NCBI RefSeq assembly: GCF_009834535.1
Contig: NC_045696.1
Location: 81,966,001-82,030,000 of the forward strand
DNA length: 64,000 nt
Direction of reading: 5' to 3'
Source: Camelus ferus
Taxonomy: Eukaryota
Positions 14,151 to 28,095 of this stretch are shown here, piece after piece; the first letter of the stretch is position 1; each line of letters opens with the position of its first letter. Made by a program: the position numbers and the translations under genes. The notes under the pieces are model-generated. The model was given only the letters and a program-made list of their open reading frames with translations. It had not been told where the DNA came from and did not search any database.

Positions 14151-14585
14151 TTTTTAAATACTTTTAAGTATTTTAAATACTTTCCTAAACAAATTAAAAG
14201 GTTCCATGAGATCCAGTCAAGTCCACTGGTGTAATTTTGGTTAAGTCAATCACCATTATATATATTGTCTATTAGTCATTAATAGTAAGATTCCAGTAAT
14301 AGTAATACTGTGGAGATTTCATTGCATTTCTAGTCATATTTTCAAGCAAGTGTAACACTGGGTCTACTACTTAAGATTAAGATAGAAAAAATAGTTGAAA
14401 TGCTCTGAATTAGAAATTTTGAGATAACATTGTACAGAACCTCAGAGATTCTTTTATTTTTAATTATTTATCCTGTTAGAAGTAACCAAAGCAGGTTTCT
14501 GTTATTATCTTAATTTAAAAGAACATCTTATTTCAGAAGCTTTCATGAACTACAGTTTGTTATATCTTAAATGTAAACATGTTAA

Positions 14586-15094
14586 TGTTGCCTAGAAATT
14601 AAAAGAGCCAATGCTAAGGAAACAACAGGCCAGCCAAGAAACAAGCACCACTCGGAGGGTTGGAGTGCTCAGATGTATTACGCCGGCGGGCTCAGAGGGG
14701 CTTCTGCTCCGAAGCTCTGAGCACCTCCAAGACGTGCGCATGATGTTTTGTAGGGTAAAGTACAAGCTTGGGGTATTCGGCCAATAGGCATGGAACGGCT
14801 TTAGCAGCATCATTATCACAAAAGTGGAGGCAGGGAGGCAGCAAACCAACATTCCAAAGCCAGATATATATCTTTGAAAATCCAGCTGGCTAGCAAAAAA
14901 CATGAACAGCAAAACAACACTAATTAACTTAGATTTACAAGTTAGTCCAGCAGAACTCAGATCAGTATTCCGATACTTAGATTTGTGAGTTATCTTGTTA
15001 GCCCAGCCCAGCCTCTCCTTCACATTCCTAGACTTGTGAGTTATCTTGTTAGACCAGCCCGGCTTTTCCTTCACACCAAGAGACCATATTAACA
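14586..15094 (-). mobile_element. Solo ERV1-like LTR in PRKCI intron 4
   Basis: TG...CA ends; 51-bp tandem repeats in U3 (14978-15075); minus-strand TATA-like TACAAAA (14746-14752), R hairpin (14690-14722) and AATACA (14674-14679); CpG-rich relative to flanks. Confidence 0.7.
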
Positions 15095-16358
15095 ATTATC
15101 AATTTTCCTCCAGGCTCTAGTTTAGTTATATTGATAAGTGTCCAAATCCCTACCAGCAAATTTTAAAGAGGGAAACTGAACACGAAACATAGTGAAAGGT
15201 TAGGAAATGATATTTTATCTGGGAAGAGTACTACAGACCCATAATAGATTTGGAGATGGGATTCTGAAACCAAGATCTGCTACAATGGCAATTCTGGCCT
15301 CCACAAAGAGGACAGCTGCTTCTCCAAAACCTCTGTGAAGGCTGCCCACGTTGGCTGTAGTCCATCTGCCACGGGAAATTCAGTGAAATATTCCTCGCTG
15401 AATTCAAACCTAGATTTTTCACTATTGCTTCAGGGGTCTACCTATTCCTTGAACTTCCCCATCTTCCTATAAAGTACATAACCGCCACTCAACTCTATAT
15501 ACAAACACCCATAGTTCTTTAATTTTCCCTTTTCACCAAGTTACATGAAGAATCACAGAATTAAAAGTTAGAACTATTTCACTTAATACAAAGCAAAAAC
15601 ATTTACCACTATTCCTTCTAAAGTCGTATGTGCAGAAACTACAAATGAAAATGAGTTGCCTAATATCCACAACCTATAAATTATATTATGTATCAAAAGT
15701 AATAACTTATGATCATACATAAGTTTGCATATTTAAATTCCATCAGACCAAACAGTTGTTTGACTCTTCCAATTCATCTCATTAATGTTAATCATTACTT
15801 TAGACATTCAAAAGAAAATCCCATAACAGTTCCTAAAATGCATGCTAATGTATTTAGAGGTGAAGTGTCATATCAGCTACTTACTCTCAAGTGGGATAGT
15901 AAAAATAAAATAAAATAAAACAAGCCTGTGTGTGATGTATATACATGTAGCATATGTGTGCACAGATACAGAGATAAAGCAAACCCAGAAAATGTTAATA
16001 ATTGGTGAATCTAGGTAATAGACATATGGCTATCTTTGTTTTTAATGTTTTCAATGTTGTTTCAACTTCTCCATAGGTTTGAAAATTTCCAAAATTCCCC
16101 AAAACAGTAAGAAATGACTTAAGATGAACTTAATTTTCCTTTCAAATATTCAACAGACAATTATGTCCATAAGTTGTAACTAAAAACTTTCTGATTTTGA
16201 TCTGGCAAAAGCAGAGAGTTTGGGCAGTTGTTAAAATATTTTCGGAAGAATGAAAAAGAAGTCAAATGAGTTAAAAGTTGTATTTCTGATTTCTTTTCAC
16301 ATGTGCCACTGTGTTGTAAATAACTCTATTTAAAGGTATGAAGTATATAAATACTCAC

Positions 16359-16409
16359 TATCTTCTCCTGGACAAGGCATTCCAGGACGTTCTGGTACAC
16401 AAGGAAATA
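16359..16409 (-). CDS. PRKCI: PRKCI exon 4 ([17 protein letters not shown])
   Basis: 51 nt, acceptor TTTTCAG, donor A|GTGAGT. Confidence 0.97.
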
Positions 16410-18059
16410 CTGAAAAAAAATAAACTAAAATTAATACAGCATACTTAAAACATACAAATTACAGAGACTTTTAAATTCCAGTATCAAATAAATTGACACA
16501 AATTTCAACCTGATATTCTCTTGACATAAGATACTTAGCATATGGTCAGTACTATCTTTGGAAGGGATCCATTTTACCAAGGCTGTAATAAAAGAAGTTC
16601 TTATGAGAGTACCTATGAGCAATGCATTAAAAGCTCAAATTACTCATTCCAGTCCCTGTTACATCACTAATTGATTTTTCATCATTAGATAAATCATTAA
16701 CTATTTCCTTAAATTCTTGTTGTAGTGACAAGTTTGCTATGATGAAGAATTAAAATTACAAAATGTATAGAAATGAAAACATATGCTATTACTGTTTTTA
16801 AAAGATGTATACTAAACTTAGGAATAAATAACATGGAAAACAGGACCCAAATCCAAAGATATAAGTATTGTCTTAGGAACTATAGATTTATGCTTATTCA
16901 AACTATTTTTATAAGGAGATAGAATACAACAAAATCATACATTTATGAACATCTAGTCAAGTATTTGTGGTCCGTGGTGGAAAAAAGGACATGGTTTAAC
17001 ACACAGCATAGAGTTGGGAAGCACTGTTCCTAATATATTTTTAAAAGTTGAAATATAAGCTAACTTCTGAAACAGATCTGTGAAATAGTTAAAAGAGCAA
17101 TAAAAAACTGACTGTTCAATACTATTGATCAATCATTTCTTTAAACATTCATTAGTTTTATTCTAGAAAGAGATGACCAAAAGATGACTTCTAAAATTCT
17201 GTCAGGATCTCAACAAATGAGACTATGACCCCATGGGAGTCATAATCCTGAAGGTAGACAAAAATCAAACTACTATTTTTAAAAACACACACTGTAAAGA
17301 AGAGTACAAAGGAAATGAGTCATTATACTGAGGCGAGATTTATTATCTGTTCCAAGTTTTAAAGCATCCCCTAGGTCTGGTCTTCTAAAGCTCCCCAAAA
17401 TGTTACGTGAAATACTGCCAATATACTGCAGTTACATTAAGGGCATTAAACAGGTTCTACACGAAATAAAAAATTTGAGGGATAGCATGGCAGAATGAAA
17501 AGAACACAGATTTGGAATCAGAATGCCTAGATTTACAACACAGGTCTGCAATGTGCCAGGTTACACGATGGCTGAGTTTAGACCTCTTCTGTACCACTGC
17601 CACCTCTCAGGCTTGCTGACATTTAACACACTTATGTTTATTATAACTATGTAAATGGTTTCACAATTAACCCTCAAACAAAAGAAAGGACATTTAAGAT
17701 ATCTTACCTTTGGAAATCATTATTTGCATACACTACAAAACTGCAAGGGGATGACTTAGGTTCTACTGGGCTCTCAGTTCTTAAATTCTGTGCTAAAACT
17801 TTGCTGTGAAACACTGAGATGATCACAGTTCACTATCTAAGAAGGCATACACAAATAACAAATTTCCCAAGATTATAAGAAGCTGATTGATTTTGTCTTC
17901 TATAGCATTTGAGATACTACTGAATAAGGACAATTACACAGCATTGGGGGATAAAGATTAAGAAAATGACATCAGGATTATATTTTTAAATGGGCAAGAA
18001 TATAGGGTTATTTTCCAAAAAATTTTAGCTCTAGAAGAGTAAAAAAATTACTCCTTTAC

Positions 18060-18149
18060 CATGAATCAAGAGTTCAGAATCCTTGTTTAGCTCATAAAGT
18101 CTAAAGGCTTCTTCTAACTCCAACTGAGATGATACTGTACATGGGTCTC
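18060..18149 (-). CDS. PRKCI: PRKCI exon 3 ([32 protein letters not shown]1)
   Basis: 90 nt, acceptor TTTTTTAG, donor G|GTAAAG. Confidence 0.97.
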
Positions 18150-19859
18150 CTAAAAAATATAAAAAAGAGTAAAGCTCACTTTTTATACCCTCTAAATGTG
18201 ATTAGCAAACAATTTCCACTTTATAAAATCTTGAGGAAAAACAATTGCATATACATGGAGAAATACTGGACAAGAACAAATCTTTAGATACTTATTTAGA
18301 CAATTCTATTCTCTGAAGCAGGTAACATAACTTTCACTCCTATTTCTACAAAATATTACATGAGGTTCATAGATACCAAATTTTATACATATAAAACCAC
18401 TTAATTCTCAATAATGTATATATTCAAAATACAGCAAACAGAATCTATACTGACCGCATTTTTAGATAGTCACTGCAATATGACTAATGGCCAGGAGTAA
18501 GTTTTCTGTTACCTGTTTCTTTGAAAGAGGACGTGCAAGTGGTTTCATTGGCACAGTGTGGTCAAGTTGAGGTCTCTATTTAATGATTTTGTCAAATTTT
18601 CCTTCATTGGAGAGCCTGCTCAAGAGGCTCACAGAAAGGAAGCACAGCTACTAAAGTACCGTGGACTGAAGGACAGTTCTACTTGACTGCTTTTACGTGT
18701 AAATGCATAGTTCTGTGTAGAGAGTGGGAAGGAAGAAACATCTCCCTTAGTCAACTGGCCAATGAACCGAGCCATCCCTGGAAATCAATGAGATGGCACA
18801 TCTTCCCGTACAATGGCATTTCTCAACGAAAAAGTCATTGCGAAACATAGTTGGGGCCTGAGTTGGGTCGTCCACACTGCCATTCTTTTGCGCACTCCTG
18901 TGGTTACACCAAACATTGACATACATGAGATGCCGTCAACCCTGTCAAACCTCAGTCACTCTCAGCAAGGGAACTCGGTCCAGTACTCAAGAAAGTGAAG
19001 GCACCTCTTTTCCCGCTAACTCAAAGAAATGAGTGCCTCTGTTCTTTTCTCCAACTTGGCCACTGAATCCCTACTTCTTTTTATCTTCTCTGGGTATTAT
19101 TCCAACAGTTCTCCTCAGCCTCATTTTCATTTTTTCCTTCCTACCACTGGCTCTTCTCAGGCAATAGTATGTTTGAGTCCCCCTCTCAAAAATCTTCTCT
19201 CCTGCTCAGGGTGCCACTCCATTCATTCTGTAGCCACATGTCTCAAGAGTAAACTGCCAGCTGAAAATGGAGGAGCTGAGTGAGAAGAAGGGAAGAAAAG
19301 GGGGCAGGGTCTTTGATTTTAGACTTCACACTTTTGTATTTTTTTCATCATAGCTTTATAATCTTTTAGATTTATTAGAAATAACTTTTCTTAATATCAA
19401 GAGTAATCCTACCTCATTTTCTCCATGTTCCTATCTTCCATGCATTTCTCAAAATTTTGCTATCATGTTTTAGTACAAACACTACTAAAACTGCTGTATC
19501 TAAGGTTGTGAAAGCAGCTGCTGAAATCAGTGGCATGTCTGCCTTTATTCTGGTTGATTTCTCTATACCATCTAACCAAGTTGTCCACTGACTATTTGTA
19601 GAAGCTCTGTCTGGGTTTCTAAAACACCATTCTCCTGATTCACCAACTCTTTCTTTTTTTAACTTTTTATTTTGGACATTTTCAAACATATTACAAAACC
19701 CTGTTTTGCTTGCATACTCATTCCCTTAACCCCTTCCACCATATCATTTTGAGCAAATACCTATAAGTCTAGATAAAAAGTCCTTAATATAATCACAATA
19801 TCATTACAAACCTATAAAAACTAACAAAAATTCACTATAAAATATTCAAACATAATCAT

Positions 19860-21270
19860 ATGTAAAAGAATGAAGTTGAACCTTTATCTTATACAATAAA
19901 CAAAAATTAAATCAAATTAGGTCAAAGACCTAAATCCAAGAGAGAAAGCTTCACACCACTGGATTTGGCAGTAATTTCTTGGATGTGACATCAAAAGCAC
20001 AAATAAGAAAGAAACTAGATAAATCAGTCTACATCAAAATTTAAAACTTTTGTGCATAAAAGGACACTATTAACACAGTGAAAAGACAGCCCAGTAGAGA
20101 AAATATTGGCAAATCATATATCGGATAAGGGATTAATATTCAAAACACATGAAGAACTGTTACAACTCGCAAACAATGACCAAAAAAAACCCCAAATAAA
20201 CAAATGAGCAAAGGGTATTTCTCCAAAGAAGAAATGCAAATGACCAATAAGCACACGATATGCTCAAAATCAATAATCATTAGGAAAATGCAAATCAAAG
20301 AGATACCACTTCATACCCATAAGGATGGCTATTGTAAAACACAAACACACAGACACAAGTGCTCACAGACAATAACAACTGTTGGCAAGGATGTGGAAAA
20401 ACTGGAACCCTTGTGCATTGATGGTGACAATGTACAATGATGCAGCTACTTCAAAAAATAAAACATAGAATTACCATATTATCCAGCAATTCCACTTCTG
20501 GAACTAAAAGCAGAGACGCCAACAGATATTTGTATATCCACGTTCAGAGCAGTACTATTCGTAATAGCCAAAAGGTAGAAGCAACTCAAGTGTCCATCGA
20601 CAGATGAATGGGTAAACAAAATGTGGTATACACACTTGGCCCTCCATTTCTATGCATCCTGAATCCATGGATTCAACCAACCATGGATTGAAAATATTCA
20701 GAAAAAAATACAGGAAGTCCCCAAAACCAAAACTTGAATTTGCCACATATTGGCAACTATTTACATAGAATTCACATTGTATTAGGTATTATAATCTGGA
20801 GATTCTTCAAAGAATCTGGGAAGATATGCATAGGTTATATGCAAATACTACCCCATTTTACTTATGAGACTTGAGCATCCCCAGATTTTAGTATCCCTGG
20901 GAGGCCCTGGAACCAATCCCCTGAAGATACCAAGGGATGACTATACATACAAAATAGTATTATTCAACTTCAAAAAGGAAGCAAATTTTGATATGTGCTA
21001 CAACATGGATGAACCTTGACATTATGGTAAGTGAAATAAGTCAGTCACAAAAAGACAAACATGGTATGATTCTACTTAAATGAGATACCTAGAGTAGTCC
21101 AATTCATAGAAACAGAGAGCAGAATGGTGGTTGCCAGCTGCTGAGGGGAGAAGGGAATGAAGATTAGTTGGGTAAAGAGTAACTTTATTGGGTAAAGTTA
21201 ATGGGTAAACAGTTTCAAGTTTGGGAAGGTGAGAAAGTTCTGGAGATGGACAGTGGTGATGGCTGCACAG
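19860..21270 (+). mobile_element. L1MB-like ORF2 end and 3'UTR, interrupted by MER2
   Basis: CCAGCAATTCCACTTCTG, GTGTCCATCGACAGATGAATGG, GCTACAACATGGATGAACCTTG. Confidence 0.85.
20633..20943 (-). mobile_element. MER2 (TcMar-Tigger) nested in L1
   Basis: GGATTCAACCAACC...GGTTATATGCAAATACTAC...GGAACCAATCCCC...GGGATGACT; the L1 resumes on both sides. Confidence 0.8.
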
Positions 21271-21389
21271 CAACGTGCACCTGGACTGGCTCTATCACAA
21301 CATGTACTAAGAAAAAGCCACAAAGTGGTGCTGTGCCAGTTCTACGCGTCAACCTTATAAAGGTCTGGCATCTTTTGCTTTTTTTGCTT

Positions 21390-21645
21390 TTTGGGAGCAC
21401 CATGTAAGTATCTCTGATAGTAGAAGCCCTGAGACTACACAGAGAGGGCAAGAGAACCTACATGCTAGCGTCCCAGATGAGCCCCTACATGACTCCAGAC
21501 CCAGCTGCCACTTGATTGCTATTGCATGAGAGACCCCCAGTGAGACCAGCAGAGCCAGTCAACTTACAGAAGTGTGAAAGAGTGTAAAACAAAATGGTGG
21601 GTTTTTAAAAGCCCCTAAGCTTTGAGGTGATCTGTTACATAACAA
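21390..21645 (+). mobile_element. MLT1 (H/J-like) LTR fragment
   Basis: TGCATGAGAGACCCCCAGTGAGACCAGCAG...TAAGCTTTGAGGTGATCTGTTAC. Confidence 0.55.
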
Positions 21646-21779
21646 ACCATCTTTCAAGGTGAATCCTGAAATTCTGTGTCTCTTACAAGACCCAGGACAA
21701 ATGCCACCTCTTCTGAAAAGCTTTACCTAAGGAGGTAATGTTTCACATTTTTTTAAATGTTAAAAATAATCTACTAAAT

Positions 21780-23030
21780 TTTAATAACAACTTTATCGAG
21801 ATATAATTCACATCACATTCAATTTACTCATTTGGAGTGTACAATTCAATGGTTGTTAGTATGTTCACAGAGCTGTGTCACTATCACCATAATCCATTTT
21901 AGAACATTTTTATAACCCGTCTTCAAAAATAACCCTTCCAATTAGCAGTCATTCCCCATTTTCCCCCAACCTCTCCTCCCACCGCCAGACCTAGGCAACC
22001 ATTGATTATTTTCAGTCTCTATAAATTTGCCTTTTCTCGACATTTCATATCAAATGGAATCATACAATACGTGGTCTTTTATGTCTAGTTTTTTTCCTTA
22101 GGATGTTTTCGAGGTTGATCTAAGTTGAAGCATGTATCAGTACTTCAGTACTTTTCCTCAGTGAATAATACAGTAAGTATTCCTGAACTGAAGTATCTGT
22201 GCTTGAAAAACTTCTCATAATTCCTTGAAATAGAACTGATTGGTTCAAAGTGTGCCCACTTACAATTTTGAGAATTATTTCAAAATTTTGGAATGACAGT
22301 AACTCCAAAAAGGTTATGACGTATATACTCATCAACAGTGTATCCTTCCTAACTCCCTACAGGTAATGATTAAGTTTTAACTATTTTCTAATCTGATAGG
22401 TGAAAACTGATGTCTTACTTTAAAATCTTTGTTTCTTTACTTACTAGTGATCCCTGAGCTTTTTTACTTATGAATTAGCTATTTGCACCTCTGTAAGTAG
22501 ATTTCTCATCTATTTCTTTTGATTAAATTATTTTATATTAGAGATAGCAATCCTTTGTAAGTGCTGCAAATATTTTCTCTCAGTTGTTACTACTCTTATA
22601 TATGTGATTATGGTGTTTTTCAACATACATAATGAGGAAAAGTACTCTGTCTTTACATTTCCTTTTTCAGAATATTCCTGTTTATTCTTGAACATTTATT
22701 TTTCCAGATGAAATTGTCAGTTTTTTAAAAATCCTTTTAGAATTTTTTTTGGGAACTATGCTCTTTATAAATTGATCTGTAGGGAGTTTGCTTTTTACAT
22801 GTTACTTCTTCCTAACCCCATTATTCAGGTTTTGTTTATGGCACCCAACTGGGTTTTTAAAGTTTTCATTCCATGGTTTCTACGTAGTTCTTTAAAGTTA
22901 GTTCCTAGATTAAAAATAAAAAAGTATGTAGTTACTATGGATGAAATCTTTTCTTCTAATGTATTTTCTGATTGAGAATTATCTTTATAAAGGAAAGCTA
23001 TTGGTTCTCTCATATACTAACTTTATACTT
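21780..23030 (-). mobile_element. L1M 3'-end and ORF2 remnants
   Basis: ACTTTATCGAGATATAATTCAC...GTGTACAATTCAATGG...AATGGAATCATACAATACGTGG. Confidence 0.7.
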
Positions 23031-25949
23031 GTTTTAGTGTTACGGATAACTTAAGAGGCTACATGAAAAATAGATCAATATGATTCAACTAGACTGCATA
23101 GATAGACCAGTTTTAGATCAACACTCAGTACACTGATAATAACAAGTGTTGGTGAGGATGCAAAGAGACTGGAATCTTCGTATACTGCTAATGGGAACGT
23201 AAAATGGTACCACTGCTTTGGAAAAATAAATAAAGCAATTCTTTTATACAGATTCACTTTCTCAGTTATGCAAATTTCTCCCAATTTGCCACATATATGA
23301 AAGTGCAAGTCGCATAATTACACCCTATTTTTGACACAGGTTTAAAAAAATAACTTTTGCTTCTACAGAAGTACATTTAAGTGTAGGTCAAAATTTAAAA
23401 ATAGAAATGCAACATAAAAAAGAACAATGAAAATTTCACATTTCAGTAAGTGTGTAATTATTCTTCCAGTTAGAAAACCAAAATAATTGTTAAAAAAGAA
23501 AGGGCGAAAAATAAGCCATTTGACTAAATTAATTCTGAATAATGAAAACAGTTTTGTCAAAGAATTCTAGAAATAGAATAAATCTGAAATATAATTAATG
23601 CTTCATTTCTAATTTTCCAGGTAAGGAAATGGAGTCCACACTGGCAAATACATTTAAGTTCACCTCAGACTATTTTTTAAACAATGAGAAATATTATATC
23701 ATTCATGTGTATACATATGTATGTGTGTATCTCTCTCTACATATACATTTATACAGACATATGTACACCATATATGAATGATACCAATGGATGCCTTATA
23801 AACATCTTGATTTTTTTTAATTTAAACATTAAATCCAATTTTCTCTACACTCACTGGCTGTTTTTGATGTCCTAATGGGCTATTTCTACATACTTTTCCA
23901 AAAAACCTTAAAAGACTGAACAAATTCAACACCCAGCAAACAGTGATGTCCACAATTCAAGTGACTTCTGCAGTTAGCATGATTTTACTGCACTAGTCTA
24001 TGAATCAAAAAAACCCAAACCTTAACAACCTCACCCTCTGAGCAACCTCAGGTAAACCTCTTCTTTAAGATGGCCCCTGATTTCCTTAATTGCAGAAAAA
24101 AGAAAAGACGAGACAAAAATTGATCAGATGCTATCTACAATGGGTTGGGAGTATCTTACAGAAAAGAAACTTCAGAAACAAACACAAAATAGCACAAAGG
24201 AAACAATCAAAATACATATAAAATGAACTTAAGAAAAGATCACTGAAAATATTACAAGTCTCCACGAAAAATAAACACATTTCTGCATCAAGATGATAGA
24301 AATATGGATGCAGTTTTTTAAAGTTTTATTTTGTAACTTGAAAAGTTGACTTAATATTAAATTCTTAGCTGGCATCGACAAGGTATCAAAGGTCTAGAAA
24401 AGGAGCTGTGTGTGCTGGAGAAAAATGTTGTATTCTCAATTCACATCAACCTAATTAGATAGTTAGATGCTCCTAAAACAAAAGAAAAAATCAGCCAGAG
24501 ATTACAGGCTGTGTATAATATAGATAAATGTCATATAAAATAAATCCATATAAAGAAAAATCCTAGGGAATGCCTGAGACAGGCCTTTAAAAAGGAGTAT
24601 AAAAAATCTCCCAAAAAGAGGTATCCTGGAGTACTTCACAAGCAGGTTCTCTCCCAGGCTCCAGATCCCTCCTCTCTTGTGTAACTTAAGCAAAATTACT
24701 TCTTTGAGCTTCAATTTTCTCCTATGTTAAAACAAGGGCTATTACCTATATTGCAAGGATAATGGGAAAACTAAAGATCATTTAAAGTGACTCATAGTAC
24801 GCTTGGTTCATCACAGGTGTGGCTTTTATTACTGCACTTTGATTAAAAGTCATGGATGGAATTAACTACTGTTAAAGGTATCAGAATAACCATATTTTAA
24901 AAAATCAATTTTTCCCTTTTGTTAGACATTGTCTTTTTGCCAGACAAGTATCTGCTTGCTGTTGGTTGAAACCTATGTCAGGGCCAAGTACTTGTTTTCA
25001 ACATGTACCTAGAGACTGATGCTTCTGAATAACCACAAGGAAGTGTGAAAGTAAGAGTTACTCGCTAACATTACGTATATTCAAATCTATTTTGTTTTTA
25101 TTGGCTGAGTGTCTTTGGTTCAGGTATTTCCTTTTCAGGCCAACTGCTTAATGCCTGATAAAGCAGAACACATAACTCAGAAGTAAAACATTCCATGCAG
25201 AGTCATCAAGAAACAAAGATGAGAGAAAAAGCTGTTTTTCAAAGCTCACTCAATTACTAAAGTCTGAATTCACATCCTAAAACAGGCATACACCCAGAGT
25301 GAGATCTGCTCAGCTCAATGAATTCGAGGTAGTGAAATCTGTATATTAACCAGCAGGACTGGTCTTTTTCTCAATGGATCTACATTTTCTTTTCACCTAT
25401 AAAAACAAATAAATGGGAGCAGTGGACCTCAAAGTGCTTGGTAAATATGCAAGATCCAATTATTTATGAGATACCCTCACAAGGTGTAGAACATGGCACA
25501 CATATATAACACTAGTTCTATCTCGTATTTTAGCATGTGGCTGAATTCAGTGCCCCACATTTTAAAGAATCAACACAACCAAAGTCGGCAACCTTTAACA
25601 CTTCCCTGAGATAGCACCGGCACACTCTCCTGATCTTTGGGCCTGCCATAGATTTACAGATTCCCTCTCTGTTCCCACCAGGACCTTCCCACTGCCACCC
25701 TGCCTCTGGATACTGGGTTCAGGACACTATATACCACTTGTGAAAGTCACAGCACTTCCTATTCTAACGGGTTGCATTGATTAAGATTATAGATTTTCCA
25801 AAATTTTTACAATGCTATGGTGTTTAGGTGGTCATCCTTTCAATATTAGGCTCAATCACAAATAGTAATGGATTTCTGGCTTGCTTCCTTTCTCTGGAAA
25901 GTGGAATTCAGTGGTTACAGAAGCATATGCTATCCTAACAAGCTGCCCA

Positions 25950-28095
25950 TCCTCAGCTTCCATTTCTGGAGAAGACAAACTAACAGGAATTGGATTTAAC
26001 CCTCCACCTAAAACAGCAGAAAAACTAGACAAAATAAATGAAAAAATGGTTCAAGTATTGGAAATCAAGCAGTGAAAGATCAACTGTTTCCAAGTAACTT
26101 AAATGCATCCCAGAAAAAAGTTCAAATATATCTATCTATATAAATATAAATATAAATATAACTATATTCAATATCTAATAAGGCAAAAATCACAATGTCC
26201 AGGATCCAATAAAATATAACCAGGCATGTGAAGAAGCAGGAAAATATGACCCATAACAGGAAAAAAAATCCATCAACTGAAACTGACCCCCAAATTGACA
26301 CCAATAAAAGAACTTGTAGACATGGACATTAAAAGAGTTATTATAATTATATTCAATACATTCAAAAGCTAGGGGTATTGAGTAAGTTAAGAAAACCTGG
26401 AAGATATTTTAAAAGACCCAAATTTAATGTCTAGAAATAATGTTACAACATCTGAAATGAAAAACACTCTCAAGGGAATTCATGGCAGATTAGACTTTGC
26501 AGAAGAAAAGATTAGTGAACAGCAATAAAACTATATAAAATGAAATGCATAAGGCTGAAAGAGAAAAAATAAAAGAACAGAGCATTAGTGAGATTTATGA
26601 CAAATTCAAGAAGCCTATACACATGTAACTAGCGTTCTTCAAAGAGGAATCTGGTGACAGAAAAAAAATTAAAGATAATGGCCAAAATTTTTCCAAATTT
26701 GATGAAAACTTTAAACATCAATCCAAGAAGATCAACTAATCTCGTGACAAGAAACACGAAGAAAACTAATGCACTCCTTACATTAATACATGAATAGATC
26801 TCAAGACATAAGATTCAGCAAAAAAAGAGGAAGTTTCAGAATATGTGCTGAATCATGTCACTGATATGAATTTAAAAGTACCTTAAAAACACTATGTCAT
26901 TTATATGTATAGAATAGTGACAGATTAGTGGTTGCTTGTGGATGGAGGGGTGAGAGTGAGAAAACAGTTAAGATTATGGATTTATCCTATGATAGTAGCT
27001 GGCTCTTAGAGAGGGAAGGAAGACAATGCAACTAGAGATGGGACTGCCAACAAGGACAGAACTTCCTAGAGACCAGAGCATGTATGGGAGTCGTGATGAC
27101 CTACTGGGCTCCTATGGCCTCTCCTGCTTCATTTCCTAACACACCCCCACCCACCACTCCAATGGGTTTCTCCCAGGTGGACCGCAGTCTGATCCCTTTA
27201 CCTCTCTGGCATCACTACAGCCTGGTGTATAAATGGTAGCAACCAGAATTCACTGAGCAGAATATTTGGAGCATGGAGTTGGGGTGGAGGCCAGAACTAA
27301 GAGAAGTGCTTGAGGACTTCTTTAAGTCAGTTTTCTTCTCATGGGGTCCTCTACCCCAGGGAGAATATGAAGACTTTCCAGGGACTACTAGGCATAGACA
27401 GTTTTTAAAAGGTATCAATTTCCAGATCTTCAACTTTCATATGAAATCCTTTCTCAAAACTACCTGCCTGAGACTATGCCTGGAGTGCAGTATCCCATTT
27501 TGTCTCCTTTTCAAATTTTTCTTTTCCTACTTTATAAAAAGCAAGCATATATACCTACCATATCATCCAGCCATTCCACTTCTAAGTATTTACCCAAGAG
27601 AAAAGGAAATATACATCCAACAAAGGCTTATACATGATTGCCACAGCACTTTTATTTATAATAGGCCCAAACTAGAAACAACCTCAATGTCCATCAACAG
27701 ATGAATGGATAAACAAGTTGTGGTATATCCACATGATGGAATACCACTCAGCAATAAAACGAAATGAACTACTGATACACACATGTATCAATAATTAAGC
27801 CGAGTGAAAGAAGCCAGACCAAAAAATAGAGTACATGTTGTATGATTCCATTCCTACAAAACTCAAGAAAATGTAAACTAATCTATAGGGACAGAAAGCA
27901 GATCAGTAGTCGCCTGAGATGGAGGGGCAGGAGTAAGGAACCACAAAGTGCAAGGAAACATTTTGGGGGGAAAAGATATGTTCTCTGCCTTGCTTGTGGT
28001 AATTGTTTCCTGGGTGTCAAAACTCATCAAATAGTACACTCTTCATATGTACAGTTTATTTGTATGTTAATTATATCTCAATAAAGCAATGTTTT
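25950..28095 (+). mobile_element. L1M 5'/ORF1 remnant (25950-26770) and L1M 3' remnant (27540-28095)
   Basis: CAGATTAGACTTTGCAGAAGAAAAGATTAGTGAAC; CCAGCCATTCCACTTCTAAGTATTTACCCAAGAG; ending TTATATCTCAATAAAG. Confidence 0.7.

Noticed and set aside
14592..15095. 167-aa ORF with a repeated GWxNKITHKS motif
   Set aside because: It is a translation of the LTR's 51-bp tandem repeat and has no ATG at the stated start.
18147..18152. NAGNAG (TAG GAG) at the exon 3 acceptor that could delete the Gly of the PB1 DEEGD motif
   Set aside because: GAG is a very poor acceptor and nothing here shows it is used.
27273..27704. 143-aa plus-strand ORF
   Set aside because: It runs into an L1 3' remnant and has no recognisable domain.
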